Notes under the pieces: model-generated | Database searches by the model: none | Told to the model about the DNA's origin: nothing | Seen by the model: the letters and a program-made list of their open reading frames with translations, nothing else | DNA from: Clostridia bacterium | GTDB lineage: Bacteria > Bacillota > Clostridia > Christensenellales > Aristaeellaceae | Length of the DNA stretch: 62,667 bases | Direction: 5' to 3' | Assembly (NCBI GenBank): GCA_045637485.1 | Contig: JAZTZK010000354.1 | Location: 1 to 62,667 of the forward strand | In this document: positions 34,007-43,771 of the stretch, piece by piece | Layout: each line of letters begins with the position of its first letter | Position numbering within the stretch: the stretch's first letter is position 1 | Made by a program: the position numbers and the translations under genes

Positions 34007-37000
34007 GTCGTTTCTTCTCCAAGCACGATATTCCGCAGGTGTTTTTTGAACAGGGCAAGGAACCGGGCCATGCTGCCCTCGGCATAGGCCTTCTTCTGGT
34101 ATTCCACCGTCGCGCCCAGGGTGTCCCCCCAGGGCTCGATATAGACGCCCACCCGCTCACCGGCGATGGCGTTTTCGGCCTCCAGCCCGATCTCCTCGCC
34201 GCCCAGGGCGGACAGGGCGTCGTCCATGTCCAGGGCTCCCAGCCAGTTGATCTCCATGGAATCCTGGAGCGTATCCTCGCCGACCTCCAGATAGTTGCTC
34301 CTGCCGTTAATGAAGCCCGCGGCGATCTGGCGGTTGACCTCGCTGATCAGCGCCTCCAGGGTCTCATAGCGCTGGGTCTGTACCGCCACCGGCAGCTCCC
34401 GGAACAGCAGCCCCATCGTGTGATCAAAGCGGGCGTCCGTGCGGTCGTTGTTGATCCACTTCAGCAGGATGTTCTCCCTGTGGCAGTACTCCTGGAGGGC
34501 CAGTATGCCCGCCGTGACGCACAGCGCGTTGCCGGAGGTGGACAGGCGGTTCCCGCACGCCTCGACTTCCCCGAGGGTCAGCCCAAGGTCCAGGCCCTCG
34601 CTGCCCAGGTCGGCCTCCCAGGATACATAGTCCGGCGTGGGCACATTGCACCACGGTCGTTTTCCCAGCAGGTTCCGGTAATACTTCTCGGCTTTCCGGT
34701 ATTCCTTCGATTCAACCGCCTGCTTCTCCGCCAGCAGCCAGGAATAATAGTTGTCCTGGGGCAGGGCTTCGCCCCGGTAGGCCAGGGCGATGTCATCCAG
34801 CAGAACGCCCACGGAAAAGCCGTCCGAGATGATGTGGTGCATGTCCAGGAACAGGTAGAGCCATTCCCCGCTGCGATACAGCCCGCCGCGGAACAGGGCG
34901 CCCCCGATCACCCGGAAGGGCCTGATCAGGCCGCGCAACGTCTCCTCCAGCCGATCCTCGGGCACCTCCTCCAGCGCCACCGCCTCCAACTGCTCGGGGC
35001 GCCAGCGCTGCACCAGGTTGCCCTCGTCATCCATCTCCAGCACCGTCGAAAGCGCCGGATGGTTGCGTACGGCGGCGTTCACCGCGTCCAGCAGGCGACG
35101 GGCGTCCACGCTCGCCGGGAACCGGTACAGCGTCGGCAGGTTGTACATCACGGAATTCACGTGGATGAACTGATAATCCACCATGCCGATCTGGCCGGTG
35201 GTGGCGGGCAATGTCATGCCCCGGGCCCGGTTTTCATCCTCAGGGGTGATGCTGCCCTTGCGTCCGCCGTATTCCGCGGCCAGCTTCGCCGGGGTCTTCA
35301 GGCGCATCAGGTCCACCGCCGTCAGGCCGTCCAGGTCCGCCAGCGCCATGGCCCTCATGCTGCGCAGGGAGTTGCCGCCCAGGGCAAAGAAATCGTCGTT
35401 CACACCCACGGCGCCCGGCTCCAGGTCCAGCGCCGCGGCGAAGGCGTCGCACAGCTTCTGCTCGGTCGCGCTTCGCGGCGCCAGATAGGGCGCCTTCGCG
35501 GCGGTCACGTCCGGGTCGGGCAGCGCCCGCCGGTTGATCTTGCCGTTGGGCGTCATGGGCATTTTCTCCAGCCGCAGGAAGTACTCCGGCACCATATAGC
35601 CCGTCAGCCGGGAGGCCATGAATGCCTTCAGTTGTTCTTCCTCCACCGTCCCGGAGGCGGCGTAGTACAGGCATAGCATGTCCCTTCGCACCTCCGCCGC
35701 CGCCTGATCCACGCCCTCGAACAGGGCGGCGCAGTTCTCCACCTCGCCCAGCTCGATGCGGAAGCCCCGCAGCTTCACCTGGTTGTCCAGGCGGCCCAGG
35801 AAGCATAGCTCGCCGTTCTCGTCGTAGCGGGCCAGGTCGCCGGTGCGGTACATTTTCGTGCCCGCCATGAACCGGCAGTCGCAGAACCGCTCCGCCGTCA
35901 GCTCGGGCCGCCGCCAGTAGCCCTCGGCGATCTGGGGCCCGGCCAGGCACAGCTCGCCCGCCATGCCCCGGGGCAGCAGGTTCCCGCTGCCGTCGCAGAT
36001 GAACGACCAGGTGTTCGGCACGGGCCGCCCGATGGGGATGTTGACATCCCGCTCCTGATCCACGATGTGGAAGGACGAGGAGACGGTGAACTCCGTGGGA
36101 CCGTAGCCGTTGATGAGCTGCGTGGACGTCCTGGCGCAGGGCAGCATCTTTTCGCCGCCCATCATCAATGTCTTCAGGCCCACGTCCGGGTACTGATTGA
36201 TCAGCGCCATACCTATCTGGGTGGACAGGGACATGCAGGTGACCCGGTGATCCCTGAGATACGCGGCCATGCCCTGCAAATCCTGCCGCAGTTCTTCGGA
36301 GATAATATGCACCTGCGCACCTGCCGTCATCGGCTGAATCAGGTCGTCCAGCGAAGCGTCAAAGGAAAAGCTGGCATGTTCGGCGTGAACGCTGTCCGGG
36401 GTGATGCCGAACAGCGCAATTCCCCATGCGACGAAGGCCCGCAAGGCGCGATGGCTCTGCATGACGCCCTTGGGGCGGCCCGTGGAGCCGGAGGTGTAGA
36501 TCATGTAAGCCAGACGCTCCGGCGTTGCGCGATTGACGGGGGCGGCATTGGCAAATTCGGCAACGGCCCGGGCCAGTTCCTCCTCCGTCAGCGTCACCTT
36601 CGCCCCGGAATCCTCCAGCATATAGGCGATTCGGTCCTCGGGATAGTCGGGATCGACGGGCACATAGGCCGCCCCGGCCTTGTTGACCCCCAGCACAGCG
36701 GCGACGAATGCCCTGACGCGACCCATCTTCACCGCCACAAAGTCGTCGTCGCCGACGCCGCGCGCCAGCAGCCAGGCCGCCACGGCGTCTGAGGCGCGGT
36801 CCAGCTCGCCATAGGTATAGTAACCCCGACTGTCCACCACGGCGGTCCTTTCCGGCGCCTGTGCCGCCCACCTTTTGAACATGTCCACCCAGGTCTCGCC
36901 CCGGTCATAGGCCAGGTCTTCACCCCGGGAGAGGGCGATCACGGCGTCGGCGTCGGGCTGGGAGAGCCGCGGCAGCAGTGCGACGGGCGCGTCGGGCCGG

Positions 37001-40000
37001 TCCACGACCTGTGCCTCCAGGTTGGACACCAGCGCGGCCAGGCGCTCCATCTCCACGGCGCGATAGCGGCTTTCATCGAAGGTCAGGCGGATATCGACGC
37101 CGCCGTCGGGCAGGGCGACGGCATCCACGCCGACGAAGCCCGGAACGTGCTCCTCCCGGATCAGCGCGGGCCGCAGCAGCCCCTCCCCGCGCGCCTCTTC
37201 AGCATAGTTTTCATAGGAGATCGTGATCGCGCCCAGCTTCACGTCGCCGTCCATCGCCCTCTGGACGTCGGACAAGGCGCAGTAGTCGTAGGACTTGGTA
37301 GCGCAGCCCTGTTCGTGAAGGGCTTTCAACAGCTGACGCGCCGTGACGCCCTTCTCCAGCCGCACCCGCACCGGCACGGCGTTGATAAACAGGCCCACCA
37401 GGTCGGACACATCCAGGCTATAGCCGTCCCGGCCCGACACGATGGTGTTGAAGGTCACGTCGTCCTGGCGGGTGGCCGTGGCGAGCGCCAACGCCCAGAC
37501 CAGGTTGAAGCCGTCCGCCGGCGTAGCCCCGGCCTCCCGGCACAATTCCGCCAGCCGCCCGGTGATCTCGGGCGACAGGGTGAAATGCATCTGATTGTCC
37601 GCCGCCCGCTCGGCCTCGGGCACCTCGCCCCAGCAGGGAAGCTCGCAGCCGCCCTCCAGTCCGTCCAGCAGCTTTGTGAAATAGCCCACGGCGGCGTTCC
37701 GGTCCCGCGCGAGCTGTTCCCGGACGGCGCGCTCGTACTGCCCGTCGTCGCTGCCCGTCAGCGTCTTTCCGGCCAGCAGGGCCTCCAGGTCCCGCAGGAT
37801 CGTGTCAAAGCACCAGCCGTCGGTGATGATGTGGTGGGTGGCGAAGATCAGATAGCCGCCCTGTCCGGTCCTGCCATAGACGAACTGAGTCAGGGGCTTT
37901 TCCTGCAAATCATAGCCGTCGTCCAAAAACTCCAGCCTGATCCTCTGCGCCTCGGCGAAGGGGTCGGCGCACGCCGTCAAATCGACGATTTTCAGCGGCA
38001 GCTTCCGGTCCACGATGGCCTGGCGGAAGCGGGACACGCCCCTGTGGATGATGGCCGTGCGCAATACCTCGTGCCGACTGGCCAGCGCGTCCACGGCATG
38101 GCGAAGCAGCGCCTCGTCCAGCGGGCGGGTACATTCATAGATGTCGATCAGGCGATAGGCATGGCTTTGGGGGTGGGTCACGTGCTCCAGCAGCATGCCC
38201 TCCTGCATCGGCGTGAGGGGATAGATGCGCCGCAGCGCCTCGCCCCGGGCGGCAAATTCGGCGCTTATCCGCTCAAATTCCTCCAGGCTCCATTCCGTCT
38301 CGCCCAGGTCGGAGGCGGTGGTTTCCAGCGACCCGGGCTGGGCGTTCAGGAAGGCGCTCAGGGTCGTGATGTTCTTCAGGATCGCCTCCGCGAAGGATCG
38401 CGCCAGGGCCTCGGTAAACCGTTCGGCATTGTAGTCCAGCCACAGCGTGAAGCGCCCGCCCTCCACCAGGCAGTTGATCGCCAGGTCGCTGCCGTCGTGA
38501 TTGCGCGGATCGAAATAGTCCAGCCCCGCCGAGAAGCCGTCGACGCTGTCAGGCTCAAAGAATTCGCCCTTCTCCTCTTCGCCGGACACGTCGCCCAGGT
38601 AGTTGAAGATCACCATGGGGGCCCGTTCGGTCTGGAAATGCGTCTCGGGCGCGCCCTCCACAAAGGCCAGTATGTTGTAGCCCACGCCCTTGTTGGGGAT
38701 GGCGTGCAGCGTCTCCTTGGTGCGGATCAGGTCGGTCCTCGTATCGCCGGTGAAGCCCTCCAGCACCACGGGAAAGATCGACGTGAACCAGCCGATGGCG
38801 CGGTCGATGGAGAGCCGCCTGCCCAGCTCCTCCCGGCCGTGGCCCTCCATGCTGACGGACACGGCGTCCTTGCCGAACGCCTGCCGGTAAGCCTGGCCCA
38901 AGGCGGTCAGCAGCAGATCGTTGACCTGCAGCCGCCGCGCGTTCAGCCGGGTTCTCCGGAAGGCCTCGGTGTCGGCCTCGGACATGGCCACGCTCAGCGA
39001 TTCAAAACGGCGGGCGTAATCCTTGTTGTCGGAGGTATCCAGCCCCAGCATCCGCGCCTCCACGCCCTTCCAATAGGGAATCTCCTGCGAAAGCGCGTAG
39101 CTCGAACGATAGCGCTTCATGGCCTCGGCATAGTCCCGGTAGGTGTGGGTCTTGGCGGGCAATCGGATTGCTTCCCCGCGGATGGCCTGGCCGTAGGCCG
39201 TCTCCAAATCGCCCATCCAAATGCGCCAGCTGACGCCGTCCACGATGGTATGGTGGGCGGTGAGGAAGAACAGGTCGCGCGCTCCCGCGTGAATGAGGGC
39301 CAGTCGGACCAGCGCTTTTTCGATGTCCAGATGAGACTGGATCTCCTCGCACAGCGCCCGAATGGCTCCGGTTTCGTCCGCCCCGAGGGTGTATTCCTCA
39401 ATGGGGATCTTCTCGTCGGCGGGGCGCACGAAAAGATGACCGTCCCGGATGACGGCGCGGAGCATGTCATGCTGGACCGCGATGGCGTCCGACGCCCTTT
39501 GCAGCGCGTCCAGGGAGGCCCGCCCATGTACGGTCAGCAGCGTGGATTGATTGTAGTACGCCGGATTGGGATAATCCAGATCCTTGAAGAAGGCGAATAT
39601 GGCCGTGTCCGCCACCTCGCCCTCGAAGGGCGCCTGGCTGACGGCCTCGGCCCCGGAGGACGCCAGCCCCGCTGCCAGCGCCCGGGCCGTGCGGGCCTTC
39701 ATCACGTCCGCCACGGAGGCGGCATAGCCCAGATTGCGAAGCGCGCTCACCAGGCGAATGGCCTTGATGGAATCGCCGCCCAGCTCAAAGAAGTCATGGG
39801 TGACGCCCAACGGCTCGGCAACGCCCAACACCTTCGCCATAGCGCTGACCATGTCTCGCTCCGCGTCGGTCTCAGGGGCAACGTATTCCCGGGAACCGCA
39901 GATCACCGGGTCCGGCAGCGCTTTGCGGTCGATCTTGCCATTGACGTTGTGCGGCATGGTTTCCAGGCGCATGAACGCGCCGGGCACCATGTAATCGGCC

Positions 40001-41376
40001 AGCTTCTCGGCCATAAATGCCGACAGCGCCGCTTCATCGACGGGTTCCGAAGCGGTGTAGTACAGGCAAAGGGTGTTCCTGCGCACCTCCGCCGCAGTCT
40101 GGCGGATGCCGGGGAAGCGTGCGGCGCGGCTCTCCACCTCGCCCAGCTCCACCCGGAAGCCCCGCAGCTTCACCTGGGTGTCGATGCGGCCGCAGTATTC
40201 CAGCTGTCCCTCGTCGTTCCAGCGGGCCAGGTCGCCGGTGCGATAGATCCTGACGGTCTCATCCCCCGACAGCTTCAAGGTCGTAAACTTCTCCGCCGTC
40301 AGCTCCGGACGGTTCCAATAGCCATCCGCCAGCTGTGGCCCCGCCATGCACAGTTCGCCCACCTCGCCGAGGGGCAGCAGCTCCAGCTTGTCATTCACGA
40401 TGTAGGCCGCGCAGTTGTCAAGCGGCCTGCCGATGGGAATATTGTCGTATTCCCGGCCCTTTTCCAGCTCATAATAAGTGGCGTCCACGGTGAACTCCGT
40501 GGGGCCATAGACATTGTAAACAGGCCCGCGAGCCTTCGGCGTTATGGTCATGGCTTCGCCGCCCATGCACAGGTAGTCTACATCCAGAGGCTCGTCCATG
40601 GCCAGCAGTTGGCCGAACTGGGTAGAATAGCTGCCGCCGTTGATGTGATGCTTCCCGATAAAATCGCGCATTTCGAAGACGTCCCTCCGGGCGCTCTCCG
40701 GAACGACGAACACTGTGCCACCCACGGTCAGCGCCGGGAACAGGTCCTCCACCGCGGCGTCAAAGGCGAAATTGGAGTGCAGCGCAATGCGGCTGTGTCC
40801 CCCAAGCCCCCAGCGCTTCGCGATGAAATGCACGAAGTTGGTCAGCGCCCGATGGCCGATCACCACGCCCTTGGGCTTGCCGGTGGAGCCGGAGGTGTAG
40901 ATCATGTAGGCCCGACGGTCCGGCCCCCGGCGCGAGGCCAGGTCGACGGCGGGACAATCCACCTTCAACAGCGCCGCCACGCTTCGCTCCGTCAGGGTCA
41001 GCCGCGCACCGGAGTCCTCCATCATGTAGGCGACGCGCCCCGCGGGATAATCCAGGTCGACGGGCATGTAGGCCGCGCCAGCCTTGTGGATGGCCAGCAC
41101 CGCCACGTGGAATTCCTTCACCCGGCCCATGCGCACCGCGACGAACTCGTCCGGCCGCACCCCTTCCCTTTCGATCAAAGCCGCCGCCAGCCGTTCGGAA
41201 AGACGATCCAGTTCTGCGTAGCTGAGACTGCCGTTTTCCGCCTCGACCGCCGTGCGTTCCGGATGCTCACGGGCCTGTTCCCTAAACATGTCAACCCAGA
41301 TCTTTGTGCGGTCGTAATCCAGCTCTTCCCCTTTGGATAGAGCAATTACGCGATCAGGCATGTTGAATTCCATCAT
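34003..41376 (-). CDS. two-module non-ribosomal peptide synthetase, A-T-E-C-A-T-C
   Basis: A1 YTSGSTGKPKG (~40870-40905). T1 FFELGGDS (~39770). E domain HHTIVDGVSWRI (~39226-39256) plus EGHGRE (~38830-38850) plus IGWFT. C domain LTPMQEGML and HHIITDGW (~37812-37840). A2 YTSGSTGRPKG (~36468-36503). T2 FFALGGNS (~35370). Terminal C domain MHHIISDGFS (~34819-34840). Confidence 0.95.
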   Translation of the reverse strand: MMEFNMPDRVIALSKGEELDYDRTKIWVDMFREQAREHPERTAVEAENGSLSYAELDRLSERLAAALIEREGVRPDEFVAVRMGRVKEFHVAVLAIHKAGAAYMPVDLDYPAGRVAYMMEDSGARLTLTERSVAALLKVDCPAVDLASRRGPDRRAYMIYTSGSTGKPKGVVIGHRALTNFVHFIAKRWGLGGHSRIALHSNFAFDAAVEDLFPALTVGGTVFVVPESARRDVFEMRDFIGKHHINGGSYSTQFGQLLAMDEPLDVDYLCMGGEAMTITPKARGPVYNVYGPTEFTVDATYYELEKGREYDNIPIGRPLDNCAAYIVNDKLELLPLGEVGELCMAGPQLADGYWNRPELTAEKFTTLKLSGDETVRIYRTGDLARWNDEGQLEYCGRIDTQVKLRGFRVELGEVESRAARFPGIRQTAAEVRRNTLCLYYTASEPVDEAALSAFMAEKLADYMVPGAFMRLETMPHNVNGKIDRKALPDPVICGSREYVAPETDAERDMVSAMAKVLGVAEPLGVTHDFFELGGDSIKAIRLVSALRNLGYAASVADVMKARTARALAAGLASSGAEAVSQAPFEGEVADTAIFAFFKDLDYPNPAYYNQSTLLTVHGRASLDALQRASDAIAVQHDMLRAVIRDGHLFVRPADEKIPIEEYTLGADETGAIRALCEEIQSHLDIEKALVRLALIHAGARDLFFLTAHHTIVDGVSWRIWMGDLETAYGQAIRGEAIRLPAKTHTYRDYAEAMKRYRSSYALSQEIPYWKGVEARMLGLDTSDNKDYARRFESLSVAMSEADTEAFRRTRLNARRLQVNDLLLTALGQAYRQAFGKDAVSVSMEGHGREELGRRLSIDRAIGWFTSIFPVVLEGFTGDTRTDLIRTKETLHAIPNKGVGYNILAFVEGAPETHFQTERAPMVIFNYLGDVSGEEEKGEFFEPDSVDGFSAGLDYFDPRNHDGSDLAINCLVEGGRFTLWLDYNAERFTEALARSFAEAILKNITTLSAFLNAQPGSLETTASDLGETEWSLEEFERISAEFAARGEALRRIYPLTPMQEGMLLEHVTHPQSHAYRLIDIYECTRPLDEALLRHAVDALASRHEVLRTAIIHRGVSRFRQAIVDRKLPLKIVDLTACADPFAEAQRIRLEFLDDGYDLQEKPLTQFVYGRTGQGGYLIFATHHIITDGWCFDTILRDLEALLAGKTLTGSDDGQYERAVREQLARDRNAAVGYFTKLLDGLEGGCELPCWGEVPEAERAADNQMHFTLSPEITGRLAELCREAGATPADGFNLVWALALATATRQDDVTFNTIVSGRDGYSLDVSDLVGLFINAVPVRVRLEKGVTARQLLKALHEQGCATKSYDYCALSDVQRAMDGDVKLGAITISYENYAEEARGEGLLRPALIREEHVPGFVGVDAVALPDGGVDIRLTFDESRYRAVEMERLAALVSNLEAQVVDRPDAPVALLPRLSQPDADAVIALSRGEDLAYDRGETWVDMFKRWAAQAPERTAVVDSRGYYTYGELDRASDAVAAWLLARGVGDDDFVAVKMGRVRAFVAAVLGVNKAGAAYVPVDPDYPEDRIAYMLEDSGAKVTLTEEELARAVAEFANAAPVNRATPERLAYMIYTSGSTGRPKGVMQSHRALRAFVAWGIALFGITPDSVHAEHASFSFDASLDDLIQPMTAGAQVHIISEELRQDLQGMAAYLRDHRVTCMSLSTQIGMALINQYPDVGLKTLMMGGEKMLPCARTSTQLINGYGPTEFTVSSSFHIVDQERDVNIPIGRPVPNTWSFICDGSGNLLPRGMAGELCLAGPQIAEGYWRRPELTAERFCDCRFMAGTKMYRTGDLARYDENGELCFLGRLDNQVKLRGFRIELGEVENCAALFEGVDQAAAEVRRDMLCLYYAASGTVEEEQLKAFMASRLTGYMVPEYFLRLEKMPMTPNGKINRRALPDPDVTAAKAPYLAPRSATEQKLCDAFAAALDLEPGAVGVNDDFFALGGNSLRSMRAMALADLDGLTAVDLMRLKTPAKLAAEYGGRKGSITPEDENRARGMTLPATTGQIGMVDYQFIHVNSVMYNLPTLYRFPASVDARRLLDAVNAAVRNHPALSTVLEMDDEGNLVQRWRPEQLEAVALEEVPEDRLEETLRGLIRPFRVIGGALFRGGLYRSGEWLYLFLDMHHIISDGFSVGVLLDDIALAYRGEALPQDNYYSWLLAEKQAVESKEYRKAEKYYRNLLGKRPWCNVPTPDYVSWEADLGSEGLDLGLTLGEVEACGNRLSTSGNALCVTAGILALQEYCHRENILLKWINNDRTDARFDHTMGLLFRELPVAVQTQRYETLEALISEVNRQIAAGFINGRSNYLEVGEDTLQDSMEINWLGALDMDDALSALGGEEIGLEAENAIAGERVGVYIEPWGDTLGATVEYQKKAYAEGSMARFLALFKKHLRNIVLGEETT

Positions 41377-41438
41377 CTAATCCTCGCTTTTTTCGCTTTA
41401 CGTTGTCGAATGCAATATGTGCTTTCTGTCCATTGAAG

Positions 41439-42071
41439 TCATGGCTGCAAAACCCGCCACTGATTGAAGCTAACGGCATCATCTTGCGGTGTACAAACAC
41501 AAATCAGATGCCCCATCGCCTCCAATTCGGAAAAACGAACGCCTTTGGGAGCGTCTTTTCCTGGCAAGACGCAAAATGATTCAGGGGGACGGGACAATCC
41601 CTCTCCTGACAGCTTCAGATAGCTCTCCTTTCGAGTCCAAAGGCGCGAAAAGGCGTGGTTCGGATTATCCGAAGCCTTCATCCATTCCTGTTCAGCGGGC
41701 TGGAAACACATTGTCGCAACTTCCGGAACCACGTTTTGCACGGGTTCCACATCCACGCCCACCGGATGATCGGATACGGCACAGACCGCCAATATTCCGC
41801 TATGGGAGAGATTGAAATGTATATTCGGATCGTTGGCCAGCATCGGTTTCCCATTCGGAAGGCAGCGAAGGCTCAAATCGGACGCACCCGCCCGGCACAG
41901 AGCGTACGCCAGCAGGAGCCCCGCGCCAAGGCTAAGACGCCGGTCCTTATCAAAGCGAAAACGCATTACCTGTTCCCGGCGCTCCTCCCAGGGCAACAGA
42001 GACAGCCCGCGGGAGAACAGCATTGGGTCCGATAGTGGCTGAACATTGCAATACCAGCAGATTACAGACAT
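41439..42071 (-). CDS. Sfp-type 4'-phosphopantetheinyl transferase
   Basis: FNLSHSGILAVCAVSDHPVGVDVE and WTRKESYLKLSGEG motifs. I preferred the ATG at 42071 (MSVICWY..) over the upstream TTG. Confidence 0.8.
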   Translation of the reverse strand: MSVICWYCNVQPLSDPMLFSRGLSLLPWEERREQVMRFRFDKDRRLSLGAGLLLAYALCRAGASDLSLRCLPNGKPMLANDPNIHFNLSHSGILAVCAVSDHPVGVDVEPVQNVVPEVATMCFQPAEQEWMKASDNPNHAFSRLWTRKESYLKLSGEGLSRPPESFCVLPGKDAPKGVRFSELEAMGHLICVCTPQDDAVSFNQWRVLQP

Positions 42072-42217
42072 ACGCCATCCAAACACTCCATGACGAAAAC
42101 CATGCCATCCTCCGGGCAGTCTCAATACCCTGAGATCAGCGACCTCTCAACGATTTGTTTTCCCGCTCTGACGAGCTTTCCTCCACGGCAAGCCTTCCGT
42201 TCAGTATCACGGCTTAT

Positions 42218-42246
42218 ATTATACGTGAATACCAGAAGAAAAGCAA
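42218..42246 (-). promoter_or_regulatory. candidate sigma-70 promoter of the PPTase-NRPS-MATE operon
   Basis: On the minus strand, TTGCTT (42241-42246), a 17-nt spacer and TATAAT (42218-42223), about 145 nt upstream of the PPTase ATG. Confidence 0.4.
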
Positions 42247-42259
42247 TAGTAAAGGTATT

Positions 42260-42451
42260 CTATGACGATGCCATAACCACGACCGGTAGCGAGACTGTTG
42301 CGACGAGCAGATTGACGGAAGCCGCGGCCACGGCCATCACGTCGAAGATCGGATGTCCGTAGCCCATTCGGCTCATGTCGATGATAAACACTTCGTTGTT
42401 TTCATCCACCATCAGGTGTGTAAACAAGCATAAGTTCCACCGAGAAAGCAT
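42260..42451 (-). pseudogene. phosphotransferase (APH/choline-kinase-like) family fragment
   Basis: ..THLMVDENNEVFIIDMSRMGYGHPIFDV.. resembles the catalytic-loop and DFG-like region of APH-family kinases. Only about 40 aa are recognisable. Confidence 0.4.
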
Positions 42452-42652
42452 CCCCGGCAGGACTCAGGCAGGACTACCACCATCTTTTTCGTTTGGAGGG
42501 TAGAAATCAGCAGAGACTTGTGTTATAATCAGCTAATATTGGATATTTGATTAATGAGGACGATAAGACGCTTATGAACAACATCGACTTGGATATCAAC
42601 ACAAAGTGTATTGAGGTCGGTATTTCCCCAAAAAGAACTTGAGGTTGGTCGG

Positions 42653-43771
42653 ATGAAGAAATACGCAAAGATAATGAATACCTTGACAATGGTATTGGCA
42701 GCATTGCTCCTTTTTGCCGCTTGTTCCTCGGCCTCCCCTGCAGCCGGGTCAGATGAGCGTGTGCTTTCCGGCAATTCGAGTATTGTTGCAGAGGAACCCA
42801 TTTCATCCAAATCGGATGATTCCGTGCGCAGTGCGGTGGATTTCGATCATGAACTGGATTCATATGAGCCGCATAAAGACCGTTACAATTTCTATTTTAC
42901 ATACAAAACCGTCCACCCCTGGTGGGATGCCGTAGCGCTCGGGATGGAAGAAGCCCAGAGACAATACCTGGATAAGGGTATAACAATTACCTACGAGTAC
43001 ATGGCGCCGGAAGGGGCTTCCGCTGAGGATCAGGCCAAAAGACTGCTTATGGCCCAACAAAAGGACTACGATGTCATCGGTGTAGACGTCGCGGATGAGG
43101 CGATCATATCCCCTCTTCTCGATGAGATGGTGGATAAAGGGACAAAAGTCATGACCTTTTCAAGCTCTGATGCCGCAGATGGCTGTAAAAGACTTGCTTA
43201 TGTCGGCAATACGCATAATTATCAGGATGGCGCAGATCTGACAGAAGCACTCTGTGAAAAACTGGGCTACAAGGGAAAGGTTGCAATCCTCGTGGGCAGC
43301 GTTGGCGCACCCTGCCATGAAGACCGGGCCAGAGGAGCCCGGGATACCATTGCCAAATACGAAGATATGGAGATCGTCGCGACAGAATATGATATGGATT
43401 CCGTAGATCTGGCTTACGATCTTACAATGCGGATTCTGAAGGATTGCCCGGAGCTTGACGGTATTGTTTGCTGTAACATGAGCAATCCCGTCGGCGCCGC
43501 CAGAGCGATCGCGGAGACGAAAAGCGACGCTGTCATCGTAGGCATGGATCATGACGAAGAAGCACTGCACTATTTGGATGATGGCGTGATCTATTGCCTG
43601 GGCGTCCAGGATTGTTATTCGATCGGTTTTGATACGATTCAAACTGCCGTTAAAATTGCGGATGGCAATCTTGCCGGTAGACTGTTTCCAGAAAAGACAG
43701 ATGAGATTACTACTGTTATCTATCAGAAAGACGCGGCCATGATGCTTGAGCTGCTGTATGGTGATATATAA
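42653..43771 (+). CDS. type-I periplasmic-binding-protein-fold (sugar-binding-like) lipoprotein
   Basis: Lipobox LLLFAACSS, then a Peripla_BP_4-like pattern (..DYDVIGVDVADEAIISPLLDEMVDKGTKVMTFSS.., ..GKVAILVGSVGA..). I chose the ATG at 42653. Confidence 0.8.
   Translation: MKKYAKIMNTLTMVLAALLLFAACSSASPAAGSDERVLSGNSSIVAEEPISSKSDDSVRSAVDFDHELDSYEPHKDRYNFYFTYKTVHPWWDAVALGMEEAQRQYLDKGITITYEYMAPEGASAEDQAKRLLMAQQKDYDVIGVDVADEAIISPLLDEMVDKGTKVMTFSSSDAADGCKRLAYVGNTHNYQDGADLTEALCEKLGYKGKVAILVGSVGAPCHEDRARGARDTIAKYEDMEIVATEYDMDSVDLAYDLTMRILKDCPELDGIVCCNMSNPVGAARAIAETKSDAVIVGMDHDEEALHYLDDGVIYCLGVQDCYSIGFDTIQTAVKIADGNLAGRLFPEKTDEITTVIYQKDAAMMLELLYGDI

Noticed and set aside
34039-41340. Very long plus-strand ORFs (37147..41340, 1397 aa; 34039..35676, 545 aa) opposite the NRPS gene.
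   Set aside because: These are antisense shadows of a GC-rich gene. Their translations are low-complexity and rich in Arg, Gly, Ala, Pro, His and Gln, with no motifs. The minus strand encodes every canonical NRPS core motif in order.
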